Assembly: GCF_009914755.1 (NCBI RefSeq)
Contig: NC_060933.1
Direction: 5' to 3' (one strand)
Length of the DNA: 64,000 bases
Source: the human T2T-CHM13v2.0 reference genome, Homo sapiens
Shown here: in pieces, positions 45,101 through 60,075 of the stretch
Layout: each line of letters begins with the position of its first letter
How positions within the stretch are numbered: the stretch's first letter is position 1
Notes under the pieces: generated by a model
Told to the model about the DNA's origin: nothing
The model's input: the letters and a program-made list of their open reading frames with translations, nothing else
Databases searched by the model: none
Translations under genes and position numbers: made by a program

Positions 45101-48100
45101 CAAAGTGGAGTCCAACCTGTGAGAAAATGCTAATTAAATGTTATGACAATAGAACAAGTGTTGATCAAAACAGCGTCCGGAATCATCACAAAGTCCTGTC
45201 TGCAGATAGCTCTGTTATTTGTAAATCCATTAAGCCTCAGTTTGTATTAGTAAACAAGTCAGGTGGGTATTCTCTATAACGTGAGCTGGCTTTCAGGGAC
45301 AGAAAATGAGGATGGTGCCTCATATTGGCTTGCTTCCTTAGCAATTTGTGAAAACAAAACCCAACAAAACAAAACCCTTTCCCAAAAGTTGGCACTGGCT
45401 CAAGTTTTCCTTTTCCAAAATACTTTTTTGGTCAAGCAACACTCCCCACGCTATAGCTGTTAGGCATTAGTGTGCTCTGAATCCATTAGAGAAGGTCAGT
45501 TCAGAATACTAAACAGATGCACAGCCCTGAGTCTTGAGAACTGGAGTTTCATGATTGCAATGCATAACAATAGTCATCTTCGTTCATGCTGCTCTAAACT
45601 TCACCATAAGCAGGCGTATTTTAGAGACTGGCTCCTTGAGATGTTCTGATTTCCACATGGGAAGTGAGGAACAATTAATTTGAGGCAGAAAAATAATTCA
45701 GGAATGTGTTTTGGCTTTACATGCACACACATGACAAAAACAACACTTTAAATTCAGTCAACATCACAGAGACAACATGGACACAAAGGAGCAAGGATTT
45801 TTTTTTTTTATAGCAAACCTTTGTACTAAATATATACATACATAAATAAAGCAAAAACAAAACAAAAACCTTCCTACCCCAGACTACCTATTAATTTTAG
45901 ATGGAAAAGCCCTAGGCAGTAAGAAAAAAAAGTAACCCAGGCATTAAGTAGATTGGATAGCTAATTTGGAGTGAATGGAAAGGGCTAGATAATATTAAGT
46001 TGTCATGGTAGAAAGTAAGTTTTGGACATTCTGCTTTCACATTACTATCTAAACTTGTAAAAATACTCAGAGAAGCAGAAAGGAGGACTAAATTTAGACC
46101 CTTACTTAATGCATTCAAGAGCATGATTCATTTTCCTCCTGCCCTGGTACAGCCTGGGGAATCTGAATATACAGCCAGCAGCACATGGATGCCCTGTAAA
46201 TAAATGAAAGTCGCATTCATTCAGGGGCTGGAGAAAGCCAGAGACACCCCGTTTTCCCTGCCAACAAAGGTGCACTTCTAGGCACCTCACACACCAGAAT
46301 GCAGAACCAGATTTCTAAGCTGGCAAGAGTCCATCTAATTTTAGCTTTGCTCCGGCCTTGGCATGAAATGCTGCTGGGGTGGAAATGAATTCTGCTGCTC
46401 CTCTTTTCTAAGTGGCTTTTCTCCTCAAGCTCCAGTGGGATCCTGACCAGCTCTCAGAGGCCATGCCACATGGGTCACACTGATGAGACTACCCAAAAGG
46501 GTGTCATCATTTGGTAGCCATGCATTTAACAACCCAGGGCCTAAGTTGTTTCATGGTAGCCCTTAGATTGGTTCTTGGAGAGCTAGGATTCTATATAGCA
46601 AACACGTGAAGACAATTTTGGGCTATTTGAAAGAAACCAGACAAACCAAAAAGGAACCAACCACACAACAACAGCAAGTTGCATTCCCACGAATTAAATC
46701 AAGGTGGTAGGCAAAGTTTCCGGGTAGAGCGGACAGTCACTGTCCCTTCCCCAGGTTCCTTATCTTCTGCTTCCAATCACATTCTCTCACTCTCCTCTGC
46801 TTCCAAACAAAACAAACATTTCAGTCTCCACAGAGAACTTAGATTAAGGCTGAACTATCATTTGTGTTTAGTTCAACATGGCTTAGAGGTGAAAAGCACC
46901 TAAATTATGTTGTGACTTTACAGCGACTCCATTTTCTTTCCTTTGGGTTTAGTTTTAAGCACATTTGGAAAGTAACCTTAGAAGTTTCATTCCAGTATCT
47001 TAGGCTTTATTGATCTTATCGATCTTTGATCTCTGTGTTTAGAACAAATAACAGAAGAAAAGGTGGAAGGCATATCAAAGATCTGTAGCAAGGTAACATT
47101 GCCTCCCAGAAGTGAGGGCATCAAAGCCGCCCTCTCTTCTGAGGTGTATGATTGATGTTAAAAACCCACCCCAAGGGCCCTATTGTACATCCATATACGT
47201 CCAACCCAATTAAGAAAGAGTATTTTCCCAAACATGAAATGGGCTTAGCAATTCTGAAGTAAAAAAAAAAAAAGAGTTAGCTATGGAGCACACGCATTCC
47301 GTTAGAAATGAGTCACTCTGCGAAGGTGTGTTTGAATGAGCAGCATTTCAGAAGGCCCGCACGGGGTACACCCACAGGATGGGACTGGAGACCCTGGGAA
47401 GGGCTGTGGGTCCAGGCGGATATGAGATCCGATCAGCCTGAAAACATGCTTCACAAACCAACCTGGGCACGACACAGAAAAGAGGCAAGACGTCGTAGGG
47501 CAGCATAAAAGATTTGTACCTTTCTCAAATAGCTTGGTACTTGGGACTCCAGAGCAGTTCTGAATGACCAGCTAGGGCAGTCACCCAATCCCCACTGGGC
47601 CCATCCAGGGCCATAACATGAATATTAAATCATTTGGAGGACAGGAATGTTCAATGACCTTGGCCAAATGTCATGACAGATTTTGGGGGCAGCCTTCTAT
47701 ATCCATTTGAGAAAGGACAAATACTCACTAGCACTAGACAGAAAACTGGCTGATTTAGCTTAGAACAGTGGCTACCATTGTAGCTCTTTCAGAACATCGA
47801 AAAGGAAGGTAAGTGGTTGGGGAAGGGCATCACGAAGGCTGCATCTATCCAAGGCTGGGTCAGTTATACATTGAGGTTTGGAGTCGAAATTTATTCTCAC
47901 ACACGTAGAGCTCCACAGATCTAATTAACAGTGTGGGAAATCTATTTTCATGTTTCACTCACACAGAACACATCTTCTCTGTCTCCAGGGGGTTTTCAAG
48001 TTCTAAACTACAATCAGCCCTTCTTTTAAAATAACAATAATAAATCCTCTTATTCAGCCAGATGGTGGTGTTTGTTGCACTAGGCTGGGTTCATAGTACA

Positions 48101-49785
48101 ACATCAATAAATGGCCACTTGTAGAGGGACAGACAGAATCCCATTTATAAAACACACCTACACCTCCCTCCTTCTCCCATCCCAAAATGTGGCATTGTCA
48201 AAACTTCCCTGGGGGCTTAATCTCATTTTGGAGCAGAAAGGAAAACTAAAAAAGGCAAAATAATGTAACTAAGTGGAAAAACAATTTCTTGGGGGGAAAT
48301 AGCACATTTAATCTCTGAGGAAAATGGTCATAGGTGGGTTTTTAAAAAGTGTTGTTTTGCCTTTAGGGACTGTTTGAAAGCAGGCTCTCAAAAGGATTTT
48401 CCCCAGTCCCTGGCAAGCTGTCTTGGTGAAGGCTGCACATTGTCAGCCAAAGATATTACAACCAGGAGATGGAGTTAAAATTCTTCCTCAGTGAGTTGGC
48501 TAAGTCTCATGAAACAAGTATTTGTTCCAATTAGGTGTTCCAAAAAGTCTTGATTGCCTTAGATAACGCATTTTGAGAAGGAAAGTGTGTTTGTTCAAAA
48601 TCCATCGTGGAAGAATAAATGACGTACCGGTGTGTTCTGTTGCCAACGTACACATCCTCTTCACAGGCCTGGAGGACTCACACTCTTTGCTGCCTTGTCC
48701 CTATTTTCCTGGTCTCAGTCCTACCGGGGATGGGCAGTGGGAGTGGGGATGCTAACTAGTCTCTGCTCCTGCTCTTAATAAGCTATACTACCTGGTTATG
48801 CAACCCTAATCCATGTCCACAGTCCAGGGCTCAGACGGCTGGCCTGTCAGCAAAAAAATGTCTGAAAAATGTTAATTCAACAATGTTGGAGGGATGTTAT
48901 TTCCAGAACTAAACTCCTCAGGGGAAATGAGAAATCATTGCTCCTGGGATTCAACTCCTCCACACTGAAAGATGTTTCTTTAATGATGCTTTCTTCCCAA
49001 AAAATTTCCCAATGCCTGGTGTGTCCTGACATTTGGTCCCAGTAAAATCCTGGAACAGACTCCTAGGATACAACTATCTTCAAACTCCATACAAAAGGAG
49101 TGTTTATTACAGAGAATCGGCATCTATTAGGGCATGAAACCTTGGGGGCTTGCTGGCATTCACTCCCCACACTGAATCGTTTCATAATATAGATACTATT
49201 TTCTTTTTGGCATTTATAGCAAGCAACTCAGTTTATGACCTAAGGCATTTTCCATACTTCCAGGCAATGAATACCAGCTTCCTATGAGTCTCAATAGCAC
49301 ATAATTTAAGACAGTGGGAAAGGGAGTTGGAGAATAGTTTCCAGTGCAAGAAAAATACCATGCAGATGTTTGCCCTTACTCTTGAATTCTGATGGTGAAA
49401 TCGAGCATTGTTTATTTGTTCTGAAGTCCAACTCAAGAAATTTATTTTCTAAAGGCTGGGGTAGAGGTAGGGAGGTAGTGACATAAAATATTCCTGATAC
49501 TGAAATATTCAACACATGGCCCTGGGAGTTTGAATCATAAAGTAATTTAGATCTTTCTAAGTGGTTCATTGTTTGATCAAATTTGGTATACCAGATGTCG
49601 ATTCGTGTCACAGAACATGACATACCTAAAGAAATACCCAAGAACTACTTTGCTAAAATTGTGTATTCACCTTCTGTAATTTTTGTTTCCTCCAAGATAG
49701 CAAGCTAGGAATCAGTCCTCTATCTTGAGCCATTTATTGAGAACAAACAAATGAACTTGGAAAAGACATAACCGAATTGAATTTA

Positions 49786-50127
<342 letters not shown>

Positions 50128-50949
50128 TTAGACAGGGAGTTGTGTCCAGATAAGAAGATGCTTGGTCTGTTGAAGCCAGTGTCCACAGAATTCTATCAGT
50201 GACTCAAAAAACATTTCAAAAAGTGCACACACAGATGAAGCCTCTTCGTTTTTCATTGCTGTCTGTGGGACCGAGCATAGGTCCCACATAGGCTAGGCAT
50301 AGGAGTCATATAAATGGAAGCTTAGGCCTCTGTGTGAATCAGGTGCTAACTTTTTCTCTGCTCCTGGGGGAGGCAAGTGTCCTCTTTGGGTCTCTTTCTT
50401 CTTAGAGAAACTGGAATTGGGAGAGTTGAACTATTCCAAGAGCGACTGCAATGCTGTAAACCTCCTTTCTAAGTTCTGAAAGGCTAATGAAAAATTGGAA
50501 AGCTCAAAAACAAAACAAAACAACAACAACAAAAACTGCCTATAAACGAAGCTAGGATAAACCAAATATCCATTATATTCTTATTCTTGTGGCCCCACCC
50601 CACTGCATAGTATTCTACCACCAACCAGTCTCTCAGAGAAAATGGCTGTTTGTATACTTCTCCTGCAGGGTATCCCATTGGCTATGGAGGGTGTTTTCTT
50701 GGGCATTAGAATCATGCACCCTAATGACTCAGACCTGTACCTGCTGTAGAAATGATGGATTTTCATCTTGACAGGTTTATAAAATCCTCCAGGCTGCTCT
50801 CTAATATAATGTTATCTCTTGTTCCTCATTCTTCCTTCTTTCCATGATGTATGTTATTTGGGATCTGTTTCTTATATGCCAAATTATTTTCCTTTTATCA
50901 CTCAAAATATTAAATAGATGAGGATGCAATAACTATTGATTTTTTTTCT

Positions 50950-51400
50950 GGCCAGAACCCATTACCTCCTCCTTTTATAAACAGTTTCTACCCAGTATGG
51001 CCACAAGGTAGGTGTGTTTTCCAGGCTACGTTAAATATGATACTGGCCCCGGCAAGAGTGATAGAAGCAGGGATTTGACCAAGACAGGCCAACCAGAATC
51101 CTTGTATTGGCTTTGCTTTGTTTTGTTTTTAACTAAAGCTGGGAGAAAGAAGTTCCTTGTGTCTCTGTAATGGGGTGAGTTCATAGTATTTGTATCTGAC
51201 GCTGAGTTCTCCGCCAGTGAAACTGATCAGAGTAAATGAAGCCGATTTGCAAGAGAAAGTGAGCAAAGCTTGACAGTGATTGGGTCCCTGTTTGCAGTAG
51301 CCCCTAAGGCCAGTTTCATTATGCCCTTCATAAGTCAATATATCCCTTCTAGGCTTAAGCTAGTTGGAGATTGGTTTCTATCGCTTGCATCAAAACATAG
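50950..51400 (+). mobile_element. MLT1-family LTR
   Basis: gaccaagacaggccaaccagaatcctt...gcttaagctagttggagattggtttctatcgcttgca. Confidence 0.55.
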
Positions 51401-51514
51401 AATACAAAAGACTTTCTCTTAGATACCATACTTCCTGAAGGGATGCCCATCCACAAAAAAAAGCCTAATGCTAATTTTATCAATGATAATGGAGGCTTCA
51501 AATTAGTTTTACAA

Positions 51515-51825
51515 TTTTTTAATTTTTATTTTATTATTATTTTTCAGATGGAGTCTCATTCTGTCACCCAGGCTAGAGTGCAGTGGAGCGATCTCGGCTC
51601 ACTGCAACCTCAGCCTCCCGGGTTTAAGCAATTGTCTGCCTCAGCCTCCTGAGTAGCTGGGATTTCAGGTGTGCACCACCATGCCCCGCTAATTTTTTTG
51701 TATTTTTAATAGAGATGGGGTTTCACCATCTTGGCCAGACTGGTCTTGAACTCCTGAACTTGTGAGCCACCCGCCTCGGCCTCCCAAAGTGCTGGGATTA
51801 CAGGTATGAGCCACTGTGCCCGGCC
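51515..51825 (-). mobile_element. AluS
   Basis: Full dimer with a TTA-patterned tail. Confidence 0.94.
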
Positions 51826-52631
51826 ACGATTTTGTTTTAAAAGAGTGTCTGTTATTGGAATTCAAACATTATAGCCTTCCTTGTATGCCTTAGGACACTG
51901 GGGTCTAATCAATTTTCAAGGCAACTTCAAAATGCATCTCACAAGTGTTGCATGACTTAAAAACCAAACAGGAATATCTTAAAATCTGACATCCATTCAT
52001 ATTTTTAAATAGTCTTTAAAGTTGTATGCTAATTAGTTATTTCTTCTATAGTTTAGTGGTCTCAGAACTCTTTTAAAGTGAGCAAGCCAGCTGTGTTGAA
52101 AGTTTTATAGAAAACATGGGTCTGTTTTTCATCCTCTCTCTTATTTTATAAAATTCTTTCATCATTTATTTACAAAAAGTTCTATCAATGAAAAAGCACA
52201 CATGGGTCCTTCATGTTGTGTTTATTTACACTGATTAAAAGATGGGTTGGGAGAGGAAGGTTTGTGCTCATGAGATTTAGAAGCTAGTTTGACCCAAGGA
52301 AACTCAGCCAGTAAATACAGAAACTGTTCTAATTTAATTTCTCAGGATTGTTTTTGTTCAGATTGATTGTGCTATCTATCCAAAGGGTCAAAACAATCAA
52401 AGAGAAGAAACATTTTTCCCAAACACTTAGCTTCATATATTTCAAAGAAGTCTTAGCTTTCATACAAATACCAAAATCTGATAGAATGCAGTGCAGAAAT
52501 AGAGCATTATTAGTGAGAACTGGGGCTGGCCTCCTTTTTTAAAGCTAAATTATCCAGTCGGTTCAATATTAAGAGAGCTGATCCTGTCCTAATCTTGTAA
52601 ATATCTTTCTGTTGTGTTCTACAGAGGAGAG

Positions 52632-52770
52632 TATATAATATATATTATATAATTTATTATATATAATGTAATATATAATACACATATATATAATATGCAT
52701 TGTATAATATACATTATAATGTATAATGTATATATAATATATAATGTGTATATAATATATATTATATATA
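52632..52770. repeat. AT-rich (TA/TAA) low-complexity tract
   Basis: About 140 nt of TATATAATATATATTATA-type sequence. Confidence 0.9.
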
Positions 52771-54126
52771 CACTGCAGTGGTTAAACACATGTACTTAGG
52801 TGTCAGAATACCTGGGTTTTCATCTTGACTTTGCTAGTAAAAATAGCTACATGGAAAAAAACTCACACAAAACGAGTAAAAATAATTACAAAAACAAAAT
52901 AAAGGCTTCCTAAATGTTAAAAAGAAAGAAAGAAAGAAAAAGAAATGTAGCTAGGTGGCCTCGGGCAAGCTGCTTAATCTTGTTTTATTTTATTTGTAAA
53001 ATAGGAATAATAATACATTTATTTTATAAAGATTCAATGAGATGGCATGTGAAACAATGTGGTAAGTTCTCCATAAATGTTAATGTATTATTATTATTAG
53101 AGTTGGAAGGAGGTCAGGTTGTGGGGTCAGTTAGACAGAAATTTGAATCCTGTTATTGTCCCTTGATTAGTCTCTTATTCAATTGTTTAAATTATTAAAC
53201 ACAGATATGAAAACCTATTTCCGAGGGGGTATGATGATGACATGTCTGACATGGTATCTGGCACACAGCAAATGATAGCTATCATTATTGTTTTTATTCT
53301 GAATTATGTAAGTGAGCTTAGTACTAGGCTTAGAGAATTCCATTGAGAAGTGGAATATGGAGGAAAGGAGTCAGGATTTTGTTAAGTGATTCTGGGCCTG
53401 CAGCAGATCAATTGGAGTCTTTCCGGATATGCAGGCTTTCCATGCTGTGAGGCATTTGGTGTACTGGCTTCTTATATTATGCAAAGACTCATAGTACCAA
53501 TTTCAAAATAGACTCCTAATGATTGTGTGTCCAGGAATCTCATCAGCTGTCTGTCCCTAGACCACAGGGCAGGGACTCACTTGGCTGTTTTGTGCTTAAT
53601 GGGAACTCCCTAATGTTGAGAGGCTTTCAGTATAACACATCTGGGCACATTTTCTTAAGTTCCAGCCTGGTGGTCCATCTGACTCACTGATAAATTCTAT
53701 AGGCATATTTTATCTGCCTTCTGGATCAGTGCATCAATTATTGAACTGATTATCTTAAAAGCCCCTTGAAAGAGAAGCAAAGTCCCCAAGTGTACTCATT
53801 TTGTACTTATTCTTGACTGATAAATGAAGTCATTCATAAGTTAAAAGGTAGAGAAAATGCAGTACATTCCTCTTGCACACTCCTGAGTAAGGTTTCATTC
53901 TAGTCAAAACTGGGATAATTATGCCATTATTAAGATGATAGACGTGGATTTTAAAATAATCTCGCTGCATTAGCATGACTTCAGTTATTCCAAGTATATA
54001 AATGCTACCCAGGCTTTAAAGGGTAATATATTTGGTTTGTTTGGGTCTTTTCAGATTTTATTTGTTAAAATAAAATAAGGTAGCAATCAGAAAAAACATC
54101 CAATCTGATTATGTAATCACAGAATG

Positions 54127-54346
54127 CAGTAATTCTCAACAGAGGCCAATTTCATTCCCTGAGGGACACGTGGAGATGTTTAGAGACTTTTTTGTAGTCA
54201 TAACTGCGTGTGTGTGTGCACGTGTGCATGCTACTGGCATCCACTGGGTAGACACTGCTAAATATCCTATGATACACAGGACAGCTTCCTAAAATAAGGA
54301 ATTATACAGCCCACGATATCAGCAGTGTCAAGGTTGAGAAAATGTG
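54127..54346. mobile_element. MER20
   Basis: cagtaattctcaac...gctactggcatccactgggtaga...gtgtcaaggttgagaaa. Confidence 0.8.
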
Positions 54347-55245
54347 GCCTAATTTTATAGCTATTATAGTTCTTTGCTTTCATTGGGTCCACTTGAAAAT
54401 ACATTTGAGAATCTCATGAAAGCTTGTCCCCTCTGTCCAGAAAATTCACACACCCACACATTTTTATATATAAATTGCAGAGAGGGTCCACAGATCCTAC
54501 CTCCTGAGCCCTATCCCTTGACTCTAAATCTAGACTCTCTGCTTTTAGACAGGAATTTTCACCACAATCTCAAATTCATTGTTAAAGTGCAAAGAAGATG
54601 ATATAACAGGCAGTATAATGGAGTAAGATACACATTTTTTTCCTAGTCAAAAAATCCCCAATTGAACTGGGGTTCCGTTTTGGGTAAGTAACTCAAGCTC
54701 ATGAATTCAAGTGTTTTTTCTCTCTAGAATGAGTTTGGTGATATTTGTCCTAAACAATGCTGGTGTTATAAATACCATTTGTACAGTAGGGTTAGGAATA
54801 CAGCATAATAACTATACTCACCAATTTTTCCTTTCTTTCATTGTATTTAAAAAATGCAATTTGAACATAATGATAACAGATATAATTTGTCAACCACCAA
54901 CTATGAGCCAGACACAGCTGGTCATTTAGTATGTATTATTTCTAATAATTACAACAATAACCCTATAAGATATGCATTTATTATACATCACTACTTTAGA
55001 AACAAGTAAACCAAGTCTCAAAGGGGTTTAAATAAATTGCTCAATGTGTTATACCCAATTCATTTTGAATTTGAATTCTTCCTCTCTTTGCATGAGTTTG
55101 TTAGTGATTTTGTAAGAAAAGTCGTGATTATTTAAGATTCATTTCAGTAGAGATACACATACATACATACACAGAGCTGTTCCATAAATATTGAGTTAGC
55201 AATGATACATATAGTAAATCTCAAGTAATAATAATAAAGAACATC

Positions 55246-55524
55246 AGCCAGGCATGGTGGCTCACACCTGTAATCCCAGCACTATGGGAGGCTGAGGCGG
55301 GTGGATCACTTGAGATCAGGAGTTTGAGACCAGCCTGGCCAACCTAGTGAAACCTCGTCTCTAATAAAAACAAAAAATTAGCCTGGCGTGGTGGCAGGTG
55401 ACTGTAGTCCCAGCTGCTCGGGAGGTTGAGGCAGGAGAATTGCTAGAACCCAGGAGGCAGAGGTGGCACCACTGCATTCCAGCCTGGGTGACAGAGTAAA
55501 ACACTGTCAAAAAAAAAAAAAAAA
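55246..55524 (+). mobile_element. AluS with a small right-arm deletion
   Basis: Dimer with TSD AAAGAACATC at 55236-55245 and 55522-55531. Confidence 0.93.
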
Positions 55525-55604
55525 GAACATCTATTGACTAATCATTGGTTTCAATGGCTCATACAATGGAAGTGAAGTGAAAGATATTAGCAAAGAGGTT
55601 TTTC

Positions 55605-56168
<564 letters not shown>

Positions 56169-57199
56169 GGAAAAAGGTTTTTCAGTAAGAGGTGTTCGTC
56201 ATGGTAGGACAGATGTACTTAGCTTTTCCACATATATCTTGTAAAGATGAAGTAGGGGACACACTTAGAAAACTGGGAGAACTGATGAAAAGTACCCAGT
56301 TCTGGCTTCAGGCTCTGATTCTTCCTCTAGTGAGTTTTGAGAGGGAGCTTGTTTACTGATGCATTCCCAGATTCACACTGATGCTGTTCTCCTAGGGTTC
56401 AGTCTCTACGGAAAAAGTCTGGAAACTGGTGTGTGGTCAAGGACTATTGGAACAAGTCCTTGGCCATTTGTAGGGAAGCATATTAGCTTGTTACTTGGGA
56501 TTTTTTCTTCAAGAATTCGATAAGAAGGAGCATCATTCTGGAAGCTAGTTCTTAACAGACATCATTTTCCAGTAGTGTAACAAACACATGATGCATGATA
56601 GAACTTAATGTTCAGTTCAAACCCAACTCAACCCAACTCAAATCAGCACAAATAAATTATGTTTTTCTTCCCTTTGTGTAGGGAAAGGCATTTTTCTAGA
56701 ACTTTATTTAAAAATACAGGATCTTCAAAAAATCTGTTAAAAATTTGTAGTGGAGACCCATTCCTTCTCCAACACCCAGCTAAAATGTAACCTCTGTGTG
56801 CTTTTTCTGACCTATATTATCTTTTCTGTGGTTCTGTTGTACTTTATACACATCTCTATTACAGCATTTTTCACATGGTGTGGTAATTCCTCCCTCCCTC
56901 TCTCTCCCATCAATTTTAATCTCATGGAAAGAACATCTTTGTATACCCAACTCCTAGTCCAGTGTCCAGCATAAAATAGATGATCTTATGTATTTTTCAG
57001 TAAATGAATGAGTGACTGATGGATAAATTCTCCAGTTTTGTATATAGATGTAGTCAAACCCCCAAACATTCAAAAGGAATTCATAAAATAAAACACCTCT
57101 AGGGCCATCTCATTTAGACTTTGATAGCAGGCCCAAATGAATTATTTCCCTCTATCTATTATCACCATTCCTCCTCTGAAAACTTATAACATGGAATCA

Positions 57200-57466
<267 letters not shown>

Positions 57467-57789
57467 CTATAAGGCAGGAAGGAGAGCAGAGTTAGGTCTG
57501 GTTTCTGTCTGTATTTTCAGCCCAGTTGGGAAGTGCTTGGTCTGTTGGCTGATGTTAGTAGCTTGCTTTGTCTACCTATATCTACTTAAATACTTGCATG
57601 CTGTAAAAGTCCGACTGAGCTAAGCTTAGGTGATTATTCAGCTGCAATATTCCAAAGGCACATATAAGCAATAATTTTGATTCTTTGGGTGGTGGTAAAA
57701 TTCTAAGACACACATAAGAGTTTTGCTATAAAATGATTCAATCCTAGTATGCTGCAAATCTCTGAAGTCTTCCTTCATCTCAGTAAACA

Positions 57790-58800
57790 GTGCCACCATA
57801 TTGAGTTCCTCAGGCTGTTCACTTGGGAAGACTCCTCCATTTTTCTCTTTCACATCCCACATCCTCTGCACCAAGTCCTATCACCTCTATTTCTAAATGC
57901 AACCTAGCCAACTACTTCTCACCACCTCCACTGCTGCCTCCCTATTCTAAGCTCCATCACATCTTACAGATTGCAGCAGCCTTCTAACTGGTATCCCCAT
58001 CATCGTCATTGCCCACTTACCCTCAACCCATTCTCTGAGCAGCACAAATAATGATCTTTAAAAGCCTGGATCTTTAAAGATCTGGCTGGCAATTACCAGG
58101 TTATATGCATAGGTAAAAACTCTTCAAGCTGCACCCTTAGGAGTTGTTCAATTATAGATAAATTATACCTCAATTAAAAAAAAGACTTAGGAGACAAATG
58201 AACAACAACAACAACAGAAACTAAAGCAAATGATCATAATTGTATGCTTAAGCTTTCTGATGACTTCCATTACAAATAGTGAAAAATCCAAACTCCTTAT
58301 GGTCGCCTCATTTCACGTCCCATCATATTCTCCTTTATTCTCTACCCTGCAGCCATACTGGTCATCTCTTAAGCATAACAAGTTTATTCGATATTCAGGA
58401 TGCTTGTACTTATTCCTTCTGTTCAGCACTTTCTTCTCCCAGATCTGTATTTGGCTCCTCTTCATCTTCAAGGTCTCTGATCAAATGTCCCCTTTTTAGG
58501 AAGGCCTTTTTTGATTACTTTAGCTGCAGCTGACTTCATGTCCCCAAGTCACTCTCCAATACATTACCCTATTTATTTTTTTGAAGTTTTTATCACTATA
58601 TGAAGTTATCTACTGTAGCTTTTATATGTATGTGTGTATGAGTATGTGTGTCTGCCTATCAATCAATTGATCAATCATCTATTTATTCATCTGTCCATCC
58701 ATTCTTCTCTCTTTCCTAGACTGAAACTCTGAGGGCAGACCCTTTGTACCCCAGGCCTGTTACATAATAGAAACTCAATACATATTTGTCAACAGACTGA
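57790..58800 (+). mobile_element. L2 fragments with a short L1 3'-end insert (about 58090-58185)
   Basis: L2 3' end acataatagaaactcaatacatatttgtc and L1 end taaattatacctcaattaaaaaaa. Confidence 0.65.
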
Positions 58801-59310
58801 CTGTTGTGTAGGCACTAACAGCAATTTTCCAGTTCCTTGCATATCCTAACTCCTTTGTGGGACTCTTGCCTTACCTTAAACTTAGAGGGGCTACCACACA
58901 TGGGTCTATGAAATGCACAGCTGGACAGCAGAAGTTGCACCCATCCTGCATCACAGACCACCCCAGGATGTGAGAAGCCAGGGAATGCCACTTAGTGAAG
59001 CTGTGCACCAGGGCCACCTTCCTCAATTGCTGGTGTTTACCTCTGAGGATTCCATCTCTTCAAACCATGACCAACCCCTTTCCCCACCTCAGAACCTCTC
59101 AAAGGAGAGGAGAGAAAAGACTGGAGGCAGGTCTATATCCAGCTATTTGTGTGAATCCTCATGTCCACTATAATGATTTACCTAATTCTGAAATACTAAG
59201 GAAGACAGGTTTTCGTAAGTCAGGGCTGGGACTTGGAAGCTGAGCAGGGTACCAGGAGCTACCCAAGAGCCCTATTTTTCACAGGCAGTGTCCTGCCCTA
59301 AGCCCTAGCC

Positions 59311-59482
59311 CAGGGTTTCTAAACTTCAGTGCACATCAGAATCAGCTGGAAGGCTGGGTAAAATATAGATGCTGGGCCCTCAGTCTGGAGTTTCTGCTTC
59401 AGGAGGCTGGGGGTGGGGTGGAGGATTTACATGTGTAACAAGTTCCCAGCTCCTGCTGGTGGCCACAGTTTGAGAACCACTG
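59311..59482. mobile_element. MER5A
   Basis: CAGGGTTTCT...GAGAACCACTG terminal repeats with 8-bp TSD CCCTAGCC/CCCTAGTC. Confidence 0.85.
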
Positions 59483-59844
59483 CCCTAGTCATCAGCAATC
59501 TCTGCAGCTGGTGTTGTCCTGATGGCTTCTCACTCCCTGGCTGCATCTTAACAGAGCAAAAATCCGTGTATGTAGCTGGGAGAGGGGGTTGATGGGCAAT
59601 GCCTTGAGCTTTTCCAACCCTTTGCTCACACTTTCCTAAAACTGCTAAACACAGAGGTTTGTAGTATCATTTTTAAATAGTGAAGCATTTTTTGGTAAAG
59701 TCCCAACATTAAAAAAGAGATGAGAGCAGAACAGTCCGGGGTGAGGCAGAAGTGGAAAGTCAAGAATCCCCCCTGCCTCCTCCACCTCTCGAACCAGCCC
59801 TCAGGCACCTGTCTTAGAACCCTGGGAGCCTGAGGAGCATCGTG

Positions 59845-60075
59845 GGGGAGTAGAAAGAGCAGTGAGTCTAGGGACGGATCTGTCAGGTTGCATACTCAGT
59901 TGTCCTTTCTAGCTGTGGGATACGGGGAAATTGCTAAAACCCTGAGTCTCAGTTCCCAGACCTGTGCAGTGGGACGTCATCATAGTCACGCCATCGACCT
60001 CACAGAGTTGTCGGCGGGGGTAGGATCCAGATGAGATAACGTCTACCCACGCATGCTGTAAACAGTGCCATGCTA
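59845..60075 (+). mobile_element. MIR (CpG-rich copy)
   Basis: ctagctgtgg...ctgagtctcagtt.cc..acctgt..agtggg...cctcacagagttgt...ggat..agatgagataa. Confidence 0.7.
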
